64,000 nt of DNA from positions 454,011-518,010 of the forward strand of contig NIVC01000594.1 of the NCBI GenBank assembly GCA_002269645.1. Direction: 5' to 3'. Made by a program: the position numbers and the translations under genes. Positions 1-38,480 of the stretch are shown piece by piece (within the stretch, counting starts at the first letter, position 1; every line of letters starts with the position of its first letter). This DNA comes from Macrostomum lignano. Taxonomy: Eukaryota. The notes under the pieces are model-generated. The model did not search any database. It worked only from the letters and a program-made list of their open reading frames with translations, and was not told the origin of the DNA.

Positions 1-240
1 CAACTGACTTATCAATCCATCAACTGACTTATCAATCAATCAACTGACTTATCAATCCATCAACTGACTTATCAATCCATCAACTGACTTATCAATCCAT
101 CAACAAACTTATCAATCCATCAACTGACTTATCAATCAATCAACTGACTTATCAATCAATCAACTGACTTATCAATCCATCAACTGACTTATCAATCCAT
201 CAACTGACTTATCAATCCATCAACTGACTTATCAATCCAC
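1..240. repeat. 20-bp minisatellite (CAACTGACTTATCAATC[C/A]AT) x12, truncated by window start
   Basis: Direct tandem periodicity of 20 nt. Confidence 0.95.
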
Positions 241-917
241 AATTAAATTACCAATCGATCAATCGCTACTTGTTGGATTGGTTGATGAATCAATGGAAAT
301 AGTTACAATAAATATTATACTCCAAATCAGTGCTCAAAGCAACTTGAGTCCCTAAAAACTATCATTACGATGAACTTTGAAAGACAGCAAGCCAAAGGTC
401 AGGACCGTTTTGACATTTTAAAGAAAACACGAGGAAGACGCAAATGAAGCGACATCATTAACAGCACGGCAGCAGCTTCCAAGCTAGCAGGTTGACTCAA
501 CACAAAAGTTCAGTTCGCCATAAACAACTACACTGGGAATTTCAAAAGCAGCAAAGCTGACCATCGGTCTTCACTGGAAATACCCGTATTTGCAACTCTC
601 ATTCAAATTGATTATCAACTGCAACCCAGCTGATTCACAACTGCATATTACAAAAAGATAACGAATTAATTAACCAAGAGAAAGCAATGCTAAAGATTAT
701 AACAACAGCATTAAAAACAAGTTTCAATACTTGATTTTATCATGGGTTTTAAAGTATAGTTATTGTGAAACAAGGAAGCAAAGCATTACTGAGAACATAT
801 AAATAAGTATAATAATATTAGTAATATTAATAATAATAATAACAATAAGTATACAATATTAGTTTACAATCTGATGGAAAGCTCCATTAGACAAAATTCG
901 ATACTCAAATCTCTGAT

Positions 918-1116
<199 letters not shown>

Positions 1117-1166
1117 ATGGGGGAAAAACGATCAAATATACTATTACCACCGTTGTCATTATTATT

Positions 1167-6854
<5,688 letters not shown>

Positions 6855-7324
6855 AATACTAAATGTTTGCTTTGAAAAGACAGCAAAACAAATTGCTTTG
6901 TTAGTTAGTTTAGACAGTTTAGAAGTGATTAGTAAGATACTCAAGTCGTAACAGTCGCTGTTGTAATAGTTAAGTCGTGAAAAATTAACGAAAATACGCG
7001 AGCAGTCTTCTCATCCTGAAATCCTAGACGTAAATTATTATAATCTGACACTAAATTGTAATGTCGCGATAAAAGTTGTACTTTAAACAAACTTTTAAAC
7101 TTTGAAAACCCATTTAACAAGAAAGAGATTTTTCATTACTTACTAAGTTTTTTATTTGTTTTGAGACTAATTTAGTTTATAAAAAAACGCTAGGAGTTTT
7201 AAAGATACTGGTTGCTATCATAAGGCTGGAATTATTTGAGTAAAAAATATACCTTCATTTTTTACAACGCAACTGAAGTTGTTTAGACTAGACAGCAGAT
7301 TTGGTGCGACTTACTAGGTCAGAA
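6855..7324. promoter_or_regulatory. Probable bidirectional promoter between PTPN11 (-) and the NME8-like gene (+)
   Basis: Divergent start codons at 6854 and 7325 separated by 470 bp of AT-rich, repeat-free sequence. TSSs not determined. Confidence 0.55.
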
Positions 7325-9886
7325 ATGGCAAGGAAAAAGCAAGAAATAGCCCTTCAAAAGGAGCTTAACACGCAAGAAGAATGGGACGACGCAATGACGA
7401 AGGAAGGTCTTTTGATTGTTGACATTTACCAAGACTGGTGTGGTCCTTGTAAGTCGATCGTTAGCCACTTTAGAAGAATAAAGAACGAGTCCGGTGAAGA
7501 TCTTCTTAATTTTGCTGTTGCGAAAGCCGACACAATCGATAGCTTGGATAGGTACAGAGGCAAATGCAAGCCATGCTTTCTATTCTACGGATCAGGAACG
7601 TTAGTAGAAGTCATTCGCGGAGTCAATCCCCCAGTGCTGGAGAAGAAGATCAAGGCTCATTTGACCAACGAACTCAACGTACTGAAGGGCGAACCAGGTG
7701 CCGAGCGAGTAGAAATCAGAGATCCAGAGTTTAAGCACCTTGATGAAGCTGAGCGACTGGCTAAGCAGAAAGCGGACGAGGAAGAGGAGGAAGAAGAACT
7801 CGAGAGAGAAGTCACGGTTGTGCTCATTAAGCCTGATGCGCAACACAGGATTGACGAAATCATGCAGAGACTGGAGGAACGAGGAATCGAAATCCTAGAA
7901 CAGCAAAAGCGAAAACTCACTGACGAAGAGGCCAGGGACTTTTATCGACACTTGGAGGACCAGGAATGGTTCGAGCAGATGATCACCTACATGACGACTG
8001 ACGAATCCACGGTGTTGGTCATCAGCAAAGGCAACTCTGGTATCATCTCGGAATTCCGTGAAATTCTCGGTCCAGCCAATGTTGAAGAGGCGAAGGAGAC
8101 TCAGCCGGAAAGCTTGCGAGCCATGTTCGGCTCAGAGTCATATAAGAATGCCATTCACGCTGCCGACTCTGGTGAAAAGGCAGCGAAGGAGCTGGAGTTC
8201 TTCTTCCCCGAGTTCAAGGTTCCGACTTTTAAAGTTCAGAAAGCCAAGAAGGAGAAGCGCAAAGAGATCGAAAAAACAGTTGCGCTCATTCGGCCTGACG
8301 CCTTCATGGAGTTCAAGGACGAAATCTTGGCCAAGATCAAGGAGGCCGGCTTCGCCATCGCGCTGAGAAAGGAGGTCCAACTGACCAGGGAGCAAGCGGA
8401 AGAGTTCTACTCGGAGAAGAAGGACAGTCCGTTCTTCCCGGAGCTCATCACCAGGATGACCAATGGCCCTGTGCTGGCGCTGGCGCTCGCTAAGGAGGAC
8501 GCCATCAAGGAGTGGCGCAACGCTCTCGGCGAGAAGGACCCCAAGGAGGCCAAGCAGACGCATCCGCAGAGCCTCCGAGCGATGTACTCAAAAGAGGAAA
8601 TTCAGATCAACCTGCTGCACGGCTCGGACTCGTTTAACTCGGCCAAGAAGGAGCTGGACTTCTTCTTCCCGGTCGAGCAGACCCTGGTGGTGATCAAGCC
8701 GGACGCATACGAGAACCGTCGCGAAATCATTCAGAAGGCCAAAGAGGCCGAATTCCGCATTGCAGCACGCAAGGAGCTGGTGCTCAGTGACGAGATGGCG
8801 CGCGAGTTCTACAAGAGCCACGCCGAGAAGGAGTACTTCGAAGAGCTGGTGGCTCATATGACCAGCGGCAAGTCGATCTTCCTCGTGCTCTCCCGCAACG
8901 ATGCCATTCAGGGCTGGCGAGAGTTGATGGGCCTGCCGGATCCGACCCAGGCCCTGGACAACGACCACTCCATCCGGTCAATCTTCGGCAAGGACATCAA
9001 AGCCAACGCTGTACACGGTTCGAGCAGCAAAGAGCACGCGGCGGCTTCAATCCGTTTGATCTTCGGCGAAATACAGTTCGACCACGATGGTAAACGAGTT
9101 CCAGGAACGGGCGACCTGACAGAAGAAGACGAGCTGGAGACCACTGAGGATGAAGACGCCGAAGGGGAGATGCGCGGTCCGAATGGCGAGATCGTTCGAA
9201 CGGACGCTCAAGCTGCTCAAAAATCTGACGAGGAGGAAGGCGAAGGCGGCGACCACGAGCGAGAGCATGAACACGAAGATCAAGAGGGTGAGCACGGGGA
9301 AGGTGAACAACACGATGAAGGAGAGCACAAGGATGAGCATCACGAGGAACAGAAAGAAGAGCAGCATGAAGAGCAGAAGGAAGAGCAGGAAGAAGAGCAG
9401 AAGGAAGAGCAAAAGGAAGAGCAAAAGGAAGAGCAAAAGGAAGAGCAGGAAGAAGAGCAGCATGAAGAGCAAAAGGAAGAGCAGAAGGAAGAACAGGAAG
9501 AAGAGCAGAAGGAAGAGCAGAAGGAAGAGCAGAAGGAAGAGCAAAAGGAAGAGCAGAAGGAAGAGCAAAAGGAAGAGCAGAAGGAAGAGCAGAAGGAAGA
9601 GCAGAAGGAAGAGCAGAAGGAAGAGCAGCATGAAGAGCAGAAGGAAGAGCAAAAGGAAGAGCAGAAGGAAGAGCAGAAGGAAGAGCAGAAGGAAGAGCAG
9701 CATGAAGAGCAGAAGGAAGAGCAAAAGGAAGAGCAGAAGGAAGAGCAGAAGGAAGAGCAGAAGGAAGAGCAGAACCAAGCGCAGAAAGAAGAACAAAAGG
9801 ACGAACAAAAGGACGAGCCGAAAGAAGAGCAAAAGGACGACGGGTCGAAGGATGGGCAGAAAGACGGAGAACAACCAACAGCATAA
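7325..9886 (+). CDS. NME8: Thioredoxin-domain + three NDK-domain protein (NME8/TXNDC3/NME9 family, axonemal dynein IC1 type) with acidic EEQK tail; single-exon CDS
   Basis: N-terminus MARKKQEIALQ.E and WCGPC thioredoxin motif. Three NDK repeats with I[K/R]PDA and N..H[A/G] motifs (KNAIHAADS, INLLHGSDS, ANAVHGSSS). First ATG at 7325; ORF track starts at TTG 7301. NME8 versus NME9 assignment needs phylogeny. Confidence 0.9.
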   Translation: MARKKQEIALQKELNTQEEWDDAMTKEGLLIVDIYQDWCGPCKSIVSHFRRIKNESGEDLLNFAVAKADTIDSLDRYRGKCKPCFLFYGSGTLVEVIRGVNPPVLEKKIKAHLTNELNVLKGEPGAERVEIRDPEFKHLDEAERLAKQKADEEEEEEELEREVTVVLIKPDAQHRIDEIMQRLEERGIEILEQQKRKLTDEEARDFYRHLEDQEWFEQMITYMTTDESTVLVISKGNSGIISEFREILGPANVEEAKETQPESLRAMFGSESYKNAIHAADSGEKAAKELEFFFPEFKVPTFKVQKAKKEKRKEIEKTVALIRPDAFMEFKDEILAKIKEAGFAIALRKEVQLTREQAEEFYSEKKDSPFFPELITRMTNGPVLALALAKEDAIKEWRNALGEKDPKEAKQTHPQSLRAMYSKEEIQINLLHGSDSFNSAKKELDFFFPVEQTLVVIKPDAYENRREIIQKAKEAEFRIAARKELVLSDEMAREFYKSHAEKEYFEELVAHMTSGKSIFLVLSRNDAIQGWRELMGLPDPTQALDNDHSIRSIFGKDIKANAVHGSSSKEHAAASIRLIFGEIQFDHDGKRVPGTGDLTEEDELETTEDEDAEGEMRGPNGEIVRTDAQAAQKSDEEEGEGGDHEREHEHEDQEGEHGEGEQHDEGEHKDEHHEEQKEEQHEEQKEEQEEEQKEEQKEEQKEEQKEEQEEEQHEEQKEEQKEEQEEEQKEEQKEEQKEEQKEEQKEEQKEEQKEEQKEEQKEEQKEEQHEEQKEEQKEEQKEEQKEEQKEEQHEEQKEEQKEEQKEEQKEEQKEEQNQAQKEEQKDEQKDEPKEEQKDDGSKDGQKDGEQPTA
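9343..9840 (+). repeat. Coding 12-bp repeat (GAAGAGCAGAAG) encoding (EEQK)n
   Basis: In frame with the NME8-like ORF. Confidence 0.9.
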
Positions 9887-10933
9887 AATGAATATCAGAA
9901 ATATGCACAAAGCTTTTTATTACAACAAACTTTTTAAATTGCCTACTTCTGGTTCGAAACAAAATTTATTCTTGCTGATGCTCTGAAAAGTTTTAACGTT
10001 GCTAAAAAATGCGTGCGTATATCATGCCCTTAAATGTCTGAATTTTCTATTTCCTATGATGCGTACAGTTCGCGGTGACTTTGACTATAATTTACCGATT
10101 TATTTATTTCGTTATTGCTTCAAATTGCTTTTGTCGTGCTAAGAACAATTTTAAAGAAGACTGCGATAAAAAATAAACATTTGATTTTCATAAGTTACGA
10201 GTATATAGTTAATAGTAAAACATTTTTTGTTATTTTGAACCGTGTCTCGAAAGTTACGTCGACAAAAGCAGAGGGTATATCATGCGCTGATACTCGTACA
10301 CATTTACATACATATGAAAAAAATCTGTGTATGAAAAAGATGAACTGTTGATATTTACAATTAGCTAGCTCGTATATTGCAAATTCCAGCTTTCCAACAA
10401 AATAAAATAAAAATCTGTGATTTAAACTAGCTTACTAGTTATTCTATTCCAAGAATAAAATCTATATTTAAATCGTACCTAACTTATCCTCTACAGGTAT
10501 AATTAAATTCTGCAAATATATTCTCTGTAGTCATGGTAAATAGTAAGTTTCTTTTTGCAGAAAAAACCAAAAATGAATACAGTTCGTAATAATAACCATT
10601 TCTACATGTATGAACTTTTAATAAAATAAATTATACACATGTATATATGAAGGCATGCTTATAGTTTAACAAAATGAAAAATACAAATTGAGCAATAAGT
10701 TTGAAGTTTAAATAATCAAAAATGTATAGTTCGAAATTAATCCAATGAATAATTTCATGTTTTAAATTTCCGGTGTTAGGACCAGACGTGACTTTTCATT
10801 TTGATTTTAAGTAGGTTTCTCCAGTAAAAATTGCATATTTATTTTGCAATCGTAGCTGGAAAATCAATACTTTGTTTCTTATTATTTTACGCGAATAATT
10901 TGTTAAAGTCTTCTTCTTCTTCCCCACAATGAA

Positions 10934-13900
10934 TCAACGAGTCGCAGGCTTCTCCGCGTCCGTCTCCCGATCCGTTAGGTCAGTTTTGCTTGTTCTATCG
11001 AAAGGTTTCGGAAACAGAATTTTGACGGCCAATTCCGATGAGCTGCTAATCCTAACCGGATGGAAAGTGCAGCACAGGTTGCGGTGGATTATCATGATAG
11101 CGCCAGTTACAGGCCTGTCGTCAACTTTAGAAGACGAATGGAATGAAATGAGCGCATTGTTGGGGCCCTCAACGGTGGGGCAGCGTTGGCCAATCCAGTC
11201 AATGTCGCCCGTTTTTACCACTGCAACGAGGCCGTTCCACTGCAGGAACAGTCGAAGGTTTCGGTACTCTGCAATTTTGGGTTTGGGGTTTGGTTTTTGT
11301 CTTTCCACTCGATTTTCTCTCACCCCTCTCAACTATCACGTCGTTGTGTGCCTGCCTCAATACTTCTCTTTCCTCCCTCTATCTTAACCCTCTTTCCTCC
11401 CTCTATCCTCCCTCTATCCTCCCTCTATCTTAACCCTCTTTCCTCCCTCTATCCTCCCTCTATCCTCCCTCTATCCTCCCTCTATCTTAACCCTCTTTCC
11501 TCCCTCTATCCTCCCTCTATCCTCCCTCTATCCTCCCTCTATCCTCCCTCTTTCCTCCCTCTATCCTCCCTCTATCCTCCCTCTATCCTCCCTCTATCCT
11601 CCCTCTATCCTCCCTCTATCCTCCCTCTATCCTCCCTCTATCCTCCCTCTATCCTCCCTCTATCCTCCCTCTATCCTCCCTCTATCCTCCCTCTATCCTC
11701 CCTCTATCCTCCCTCTATCCTCCCTCTATCCTCCTTCTATTCTCCCTCTTTCCTCCCTCTTTCCTCCCTCTTTCCTCCCTCTTTCCTCCCTCTTTCCTCC
11801 CTCTTTCCTCCCTCTTTCCTCCCTCTTTCCTCCCTCTTTCCTCCCTCTTTCCTCCCTCTTTCCTCCCTCTTTCCTCCCTCTTTCCTCCCTCTTTCCTCCC
11901 TCTTTCCTCCCTCTTTCCTCCCTCTTTCCTCCCTCTTTCCTCCCTCTTTCCTCCCTCTTTCCTCCCTCTTTCCTCCCTCTTTCCTCCCTCTTTCCTCCCT
12001 CTTTCCTCCCTCTTTCCTCCCTCTTTCCTCCCTCTTTCCTCCCTCTTTCCTCCCTCTTTCCTCCCTCTTTCCTCCCTCTTTCCTCCCTCTTTCCTCCCTC
12101 TTTCCTCCCTCTTTCCTCCCTCTTTCCTCCCTCTTTCCTCCCTCTTTCCTCCCTCTTTCCTCCCTCTTTCCTCCCTCTTTCCTCCCTCTTTCCTCCCTCT
12201 TTCCTCCCTCTTTCCTCCCTCTTTCCTCCCTCTTTCCTCCCTCTTTCCTCCCTCTTTCCTCCCTCTTTCCTCCCTCTTTCCTCCCTCTTTCCTCCCTCTT
12301 TCCTCCCTCTTTCCTCCCTCTATCCCCCCTCTATCCCCCTCTATCCCCCCTCTATCCCCCTCTATCCCCCTCTATCCTTCTTCTATCCTTCCTCTATCCT
12401 CCCAGCTCACCCTCAATCTCCAGCTCCCTATCCCAGTCCTGGAAGCGCAGCAGAGTCTCAGTGCTCAGCCTGTTCGGCAAGTAGGAGAGCCGGTTACTGG
12501 ACTGGGAGCAAGTGGTCCTTGGCCTGTCCACAACCTCGTAGTCGATGAGAAATCCGCGAGACAAAGAGAGCGACGAGCAGGATAGAAAGTACACATCGCC
12601 AACCAGGGCGGCCAGTGGCAGGTATTTAAATAGCAGCACGAGGTCGCGATACAGGTATCCGCTGAACTGCTCACAGCCTGCGGTGAATTCATTGGAGGAA
12701 ATGAAGCTTGTGATGGGGCGCCCTCTTTGTCAGCGCCTTCTCTGATGGCGCCTTCTATGTTGGCGCCTTTTATGTTTGGCGCCTTTTTATGTTTGGCGCC
12801 TTTTATGTTTGGCGCCTTTTATGTTGGAAGCCAGTTTTATGTTTGGCGCCTTTTATGTTTGGCGCCTTTTATGTTGGCGCCATTTATGTTTGGCGCCTTT
12901 TATGTTTGGCGCCTTTTTATGTTTGGCCCCTTTTTATGTTTGGCGCCTTTTATGTTTGGCGCCTTTTATGTTTGGCGCCTTTTATGTTTGGCGCCTTTTA
13001 TGTTTGGCGTCTTTTATGTTTGGCGCCTTTTATTTCGGTGCCTTTTATGTTGGCGCTGGTGATGTCGCTGCTAACTCTTTCGCTGTTGGTGTTATGGTGC
13101 ATTCTTGAGAGAACACCCAAAATTGAATAAATAAATTTTTTGTTTAATACACATAAATTTACTTTTGTGGCTTGCGAAAATTGTATCGAACAAATGGCAT
13201 GTTTGATTTTAAATTTAAATGTCATGCAGAAGTTAGTTTCCCGTTATTTTGATTTTAAAGTAATTACATGGATATGAATGAAAGGAATAAACATGATTAA
13301 AACAAAATCAGGTCCGGTTAAAAAATAGGTTTACTCCCTCTATGAGTCTATTCCCTCTATCCTCCCTCCATCCTTCCTTTATCCTTCCTTTGTACTCCCT
13401 CTATCCTCTGTCTCTCCTCTCTACTCTATCCTCTCTCTATCCTCCCTCTATCCTCCCTCTATCCTCCCTCTATCCTCTCTCTATCCTCTCTCTATCCTCT
13501 CTCTATCCTCCCTCTATCCTCTCTCTATCCTCTCTCTATCCTCCCTCTATCCTCCCTCTATCCTCTCTCTATCCTCTCTCTATCCTCCCTCTATCCTCCC
13601 TCTATCCTCCCTCTATCCTCCCTCTATCCTCTCTCTATCCTCCCTCTATCCTCTCTCTATCCTCTCTCTATCCTTCTGAAGCTTCCTGAAAACAAGTCCC
13701 AGCTAAAAGCCGAGCACAGAGGAAGCAACTCACAGACGTCCATGAGCCCCATCTCAGCGGCGCAGTGCTCGCACTCGCTCAGGCCTCGCAGTACAATGAT
13801 ATTATTGGGGTAGACAATTTTAAACAGCAACAACATCTGCAGTACATTGAGCTGCACCTGGCCCTGCACGTTAACATACAAATAGTTGCCAAGGAACACG

Positions 13901-14166
13901 TAGGTGGTGCTGCTGGGCCAGCCGTACTGCCGGAAAATGGCCAACAGGTCTCCCAGGTTGCCGTGCAGCTTGCCAACAACTCTACAGCCGACGCTGGACT
14001 TCAACTCCAGCAGCGAGGGCTCCAGACGAAAGATAGCGACGGCGCGTTTGACAATCTGGCTGAAATCCACGCTGGTCAGCGTCTCGCCGTTTATGAGGCG
14101 CTCAGCTGACAGACCGGCCCATTCCTGACAGCTGCTCAAGGCGGTGCGAACCTTCATCGCTGACAT
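10934..14166 (-). CDS. PP1/PPP-family Ser/Thr phosphatase homologue, predicted catalytically dead (344 aa)
   Basis: Exons 14166-13734, 12677-12411 and 11268-10934 (GT-AG, phase 1/1). Colinear with PP1c: IFRLEPSLLEL, GKLHG, YVFLGNY, FKIVYPNNIIVLRG.SEC, FKYLPLAALV, GAIMIIHRNLCCTF. Confidence 0.85.
11370..12400. repeat. 11-bp minisatellite CCTCCCTCT[A/T]T (~90 units), intron 2 of the PP1-like gene
   Basis: 11-nt period; block switch from the TAT to the TTT variant near 11740. Confidence 0.95.
12733..13050. repeat. 16-17-bp minisatellite TTTTATGTTTGGCGCC, intron 1 of the PP1-like gene
   Basis: Tandem units with a GGCGCC core. Confidence 0.9.
13345..13672. repeat. 11-bp minisatellite CCTC[C/T]CTCTAT, intron 1 of the PP1-like gene
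   Basis: Same unit family as 11370-12400. Confidence 0.9.
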
Positions 14167-14377
14167 TCTCGACTGTTAATGATTTCTATTCCAGTTGATA
14201 TATTGATTGGCTCTTGAAGCTGATTTTTAAACAAAAATTATTGAAATTATTTCTTTTTTTGCTGCTTTGAAATTACCGGTAAATCAGAGCATACTTGCTG
14301 ATTGCTATGAGGCCGATTTTTACCATAGACTGTCGGTTCTGTTAGATCAAGGACTGCTATAAATAGCGTCTATTTTT

Positions 14378-14415
14378 TACTAGTCCCGAGGGCAATGGTT
14401 CCCACGCCCGGGGCT
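14378..14415 (-). mobile_element. Possible Helitron 3' terminus (GC hairpin followed by CTAG|T)
   Basis: Minus strand reads CCCCGGGCGTGGGAACCATTGCCCTCGGGACTAG|TA. No matching 5' end found. Confidence 0.3.
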
Positions 14416-15352
14416 TTCTAAGAAATGATGTTTTTGCTAGGAAATTTTAACAAATAATTTGTTAGTGCCGACTTACGAATAATTACGCTTAATCTACAGA
14501 AAATACATTTCTGCGTTACTGTCAGTAGTCCAGTGGGCGAAAAAATATGTAAAAAAGTATACACAGCGGAAATTAGGAGATTAGGTGAGAAATTTAAAAT
14601 GGGCCACCCTTTGAGCTGAGCAGGAATCTGCGCGTGACTGACGGGTTTACAATCAACAAATAACTTTTAAAATTTTTATTTTAGCGGCATAAAAACAAAC
14701 AATTGAATTTCAAGCAGATAAACAATAAGGTCACTTCCGAATCGACTCTGTACCAAAGTTCATTCCGTATTTTATATTTTTAATATTTGCATGCAGAAAT
14801 ATGAGCAGATCTTCTAATAACGACATTCGATGAAAATATTCAGGTTTGGAGTGAAGTTGAAACAAATATAAATACCATTGTGCCGCTGCTAGTTCTTAAT
14901 TCTCTGGCGCATTTTTTGAAAATTATGTTACTAATGGGATCAGTTTCGGGGTTATAAATCATACATAGCACAGTTAATGGCTTTATTAGCTTTCAACCTA
15001 CTCGTATCTTTTAATACAGAGCATCATTTTTTAAAATACTTTTAGTTTATGACTTATTTTAAGCCTCATCACATGAGACTGAAGTGTTGTTTTAGACTTT
15101 TAAACAAATTAAAAGTAAAATTTCAACAATAATGGGGAAACTAATTAAAAAAATGATTAATTGAACCAAAGTTAAACTTTAATTTAAAAATAAACTTAAA
15201 TAAATTAAAAATTAAACCTTAGAAACTAATTTAAATAAAAAAAATTATTTCAAATAATAATTTAAAAGATTAAATTTTTTAGAACTAATTTAAACAAAAT
15301 TTACACAATTAATTTCAACAAAATAGTTTTAATTGGTTCAAAATCAAGCGCC

Positions 15353-36370
<21,018 letters not shown>

Positions 36371-36684
36371 TCCAAACGACTGCCATGAAGCATTGCCTGA
36401 TGCCAGCTCTGGAAATTGTTGTCTAAAGGAAATTTTTTGGCTTTCAAAAACTGATCAGTTGTTCGGCTACTGAGATCGGTAGGGACGCGGACTTCTGGCT
36501 TCTGTGGAATTCTTTACAGAATGGCGCGCATGGACCAAGACAGACGGCGAGTTGGGAAATTTTATTAGCTGGTTTGGCGAATTCTCATTGGCTGAGGGGT
36601 TCGAAAATTTGCCACTGTTGCATGAACTGGACAGACAAATCAGGGGAACTTCAGTGCAGCCTCAGTGGAGCCAAGGTTTTTTTT

Positions 36685-37420
36685 AGCATTGGCGCCAGAA
36701 TCGGATTATGATTGGCGCCAAGATTTGACAGCATTTGGCAACAATTTTTTTTGCGATCAGCGCCCAGAATTGGTTTGTAATTAGCGACAATTTTTGCGAC
36801 CAGCGCGAAGATTGATTGTTGGCGCCAGAATTGGTTTTCAATTGGCGCCAGAATTGGTTTGCAATTGGCGCCAGAATTGGTTTTCAATTGGCGCCAGAAT
36901 TGGTTTTCAATTGGCGCCAGAATTGGTTTTCAATTGGCGCCAGAATTGGTTTGCAGTTGGCGCCAGAATTGGTTTTCAATTGGCGCCAGAATTGGTTTTC
37001 AATTGGTGCCAGAATTGGTTTTCAATTGGTGCCAGAATTGGTTTGCAATTGGCGCCAGAATTGGTTTGCAATTGGTGCCAGAATTGGTTTGCAATTGGCG
37101 CCAGAATTGGTTTGCAATTGGTGCCAGAATTAGTTTTCAATTGGCGCCAGAATTAGTTTGCAATTGGCGCCAGAATTGGTTTGCAATTGGTGCCAGAATT
37201 GGTTTGCAATTGGCGCCAGAATTGGTTTGCAATTGGTGCCAGAATTAGTTTTCAATTGGCGCCAGAATTAGTTTGCAATTGGCGCCAGAATTGGTTTGCA
37301 ATTGGCGCCAGAATTGGTTTGCAATTGGCGCCAGAATTGGTTTGCAATTGGCGCCAGAATTCGTTTGCAATTGGCGCCAGAATTATTTTGCAGTTGGCGC
37401 CAGAATTGATTTGTGATTAG
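36685..37420. repeat. 23-bp minisatellite TTGGCGCCAGAATTGGTTT[T/G]CAA upstream of the NETO ATG exon
   Basis: About 30 units. Confidence 0.95.
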
Positions 37421-37842
37421 CGACAGTTTAGCTTAAAAACCGGCCATATTTTAGCAGAGGTCTCTCATCCGACAGACAGACGGGGCACATAGAACTTGAT
37501 TACGGCAGCCAGCCATATTTTAATTTAAAATTTTTGCTTCCATTCAAATACTCTCTAAAATTTAAATTCGACTGCCTACCTAATTTTGTCTCAAGATGAT
37601 CACGGATTGAGAAATTTTCTACATTTAAACCGCGGTATTGGCGTTAGGGGAGTTTCTTGGAAAGAATCTGAAATTATTCTGAGAAATCTTTCAGAGAGGG
37701 TGATAATCTTTTTTTAATTTGTTTGTAACAGGAATGCATAGGATCTTCTGACTATGCAAGGAACTGGATTTTGTAAAAGTACACGCAAAGGCATATGAAA
37801 ACAAAAAATTACAATGTTTGATATTAGAGTCACACTGTTAGA

Positions 37843-38480
37843 TATTGGAGAGTCACACTGTTAGATATTGGAGAGTCACACTGTTAGATACTGGAGAGTC
37901 CCACTGTTAGATATTGGAGAGTCACACTGTTAGATATTAGAGAGTCACACTGTTAGATATTAGAGAGTCACACTGTTAGATATTGGAGAGTCACACTGTT
38001 AGATATTGGAGAGTCACACTGTTAGATATTAAAGAGTCACACTGTTAGATATTGGAGATTCACACTGTTAGATATTGGAGAGTCACACTGTTAGATATTG
38101 GAGAGTCACACTGTTAGATATTGAAGAGTCACACTGTTAGATATTAGAGAGTCACACTGTTAGATATTGGAGAGTCACACTGTTAGATATTAAAGAGTCA
38201 CACTGTTAGATATTAAAGAGTCTCACTGTTAGATATTGGAGAGTCACACTGTTAGATATAGGAGAGTCACACTGTTAGATATAGGAGAGTCACACTGTTA
38301 GATATAGGAGAGTCACACAGTTAGATATTGGAGATTCACACTGTTAGATATTGGAGAGTCACACTGTTAGATATAGGAGAGTCACACAGTTAGATATTGG
38401 AGGGTCACACTGTTAGATATAGGAGTGTCACACAGTTAGATATTGGAGGGTCACACTGTTAGATATAAGAGAGTTAGACA
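37843..38480. repeat. 22-bp minisatellite GAGAGTCACACTGTTAGATATT (~28 units)
   Basis: 22-nt period. Confidence 0.95.

Noticed and set aside
8997-9986. Leu/Phe-rich, Ala/Leu/Pro-rich and Lys/Arg/Ser-rich ORFs overlapping the NME8-like tail
   Set aside because: Antisense and shifted-frame shadows of the 12-bp coding repeat.
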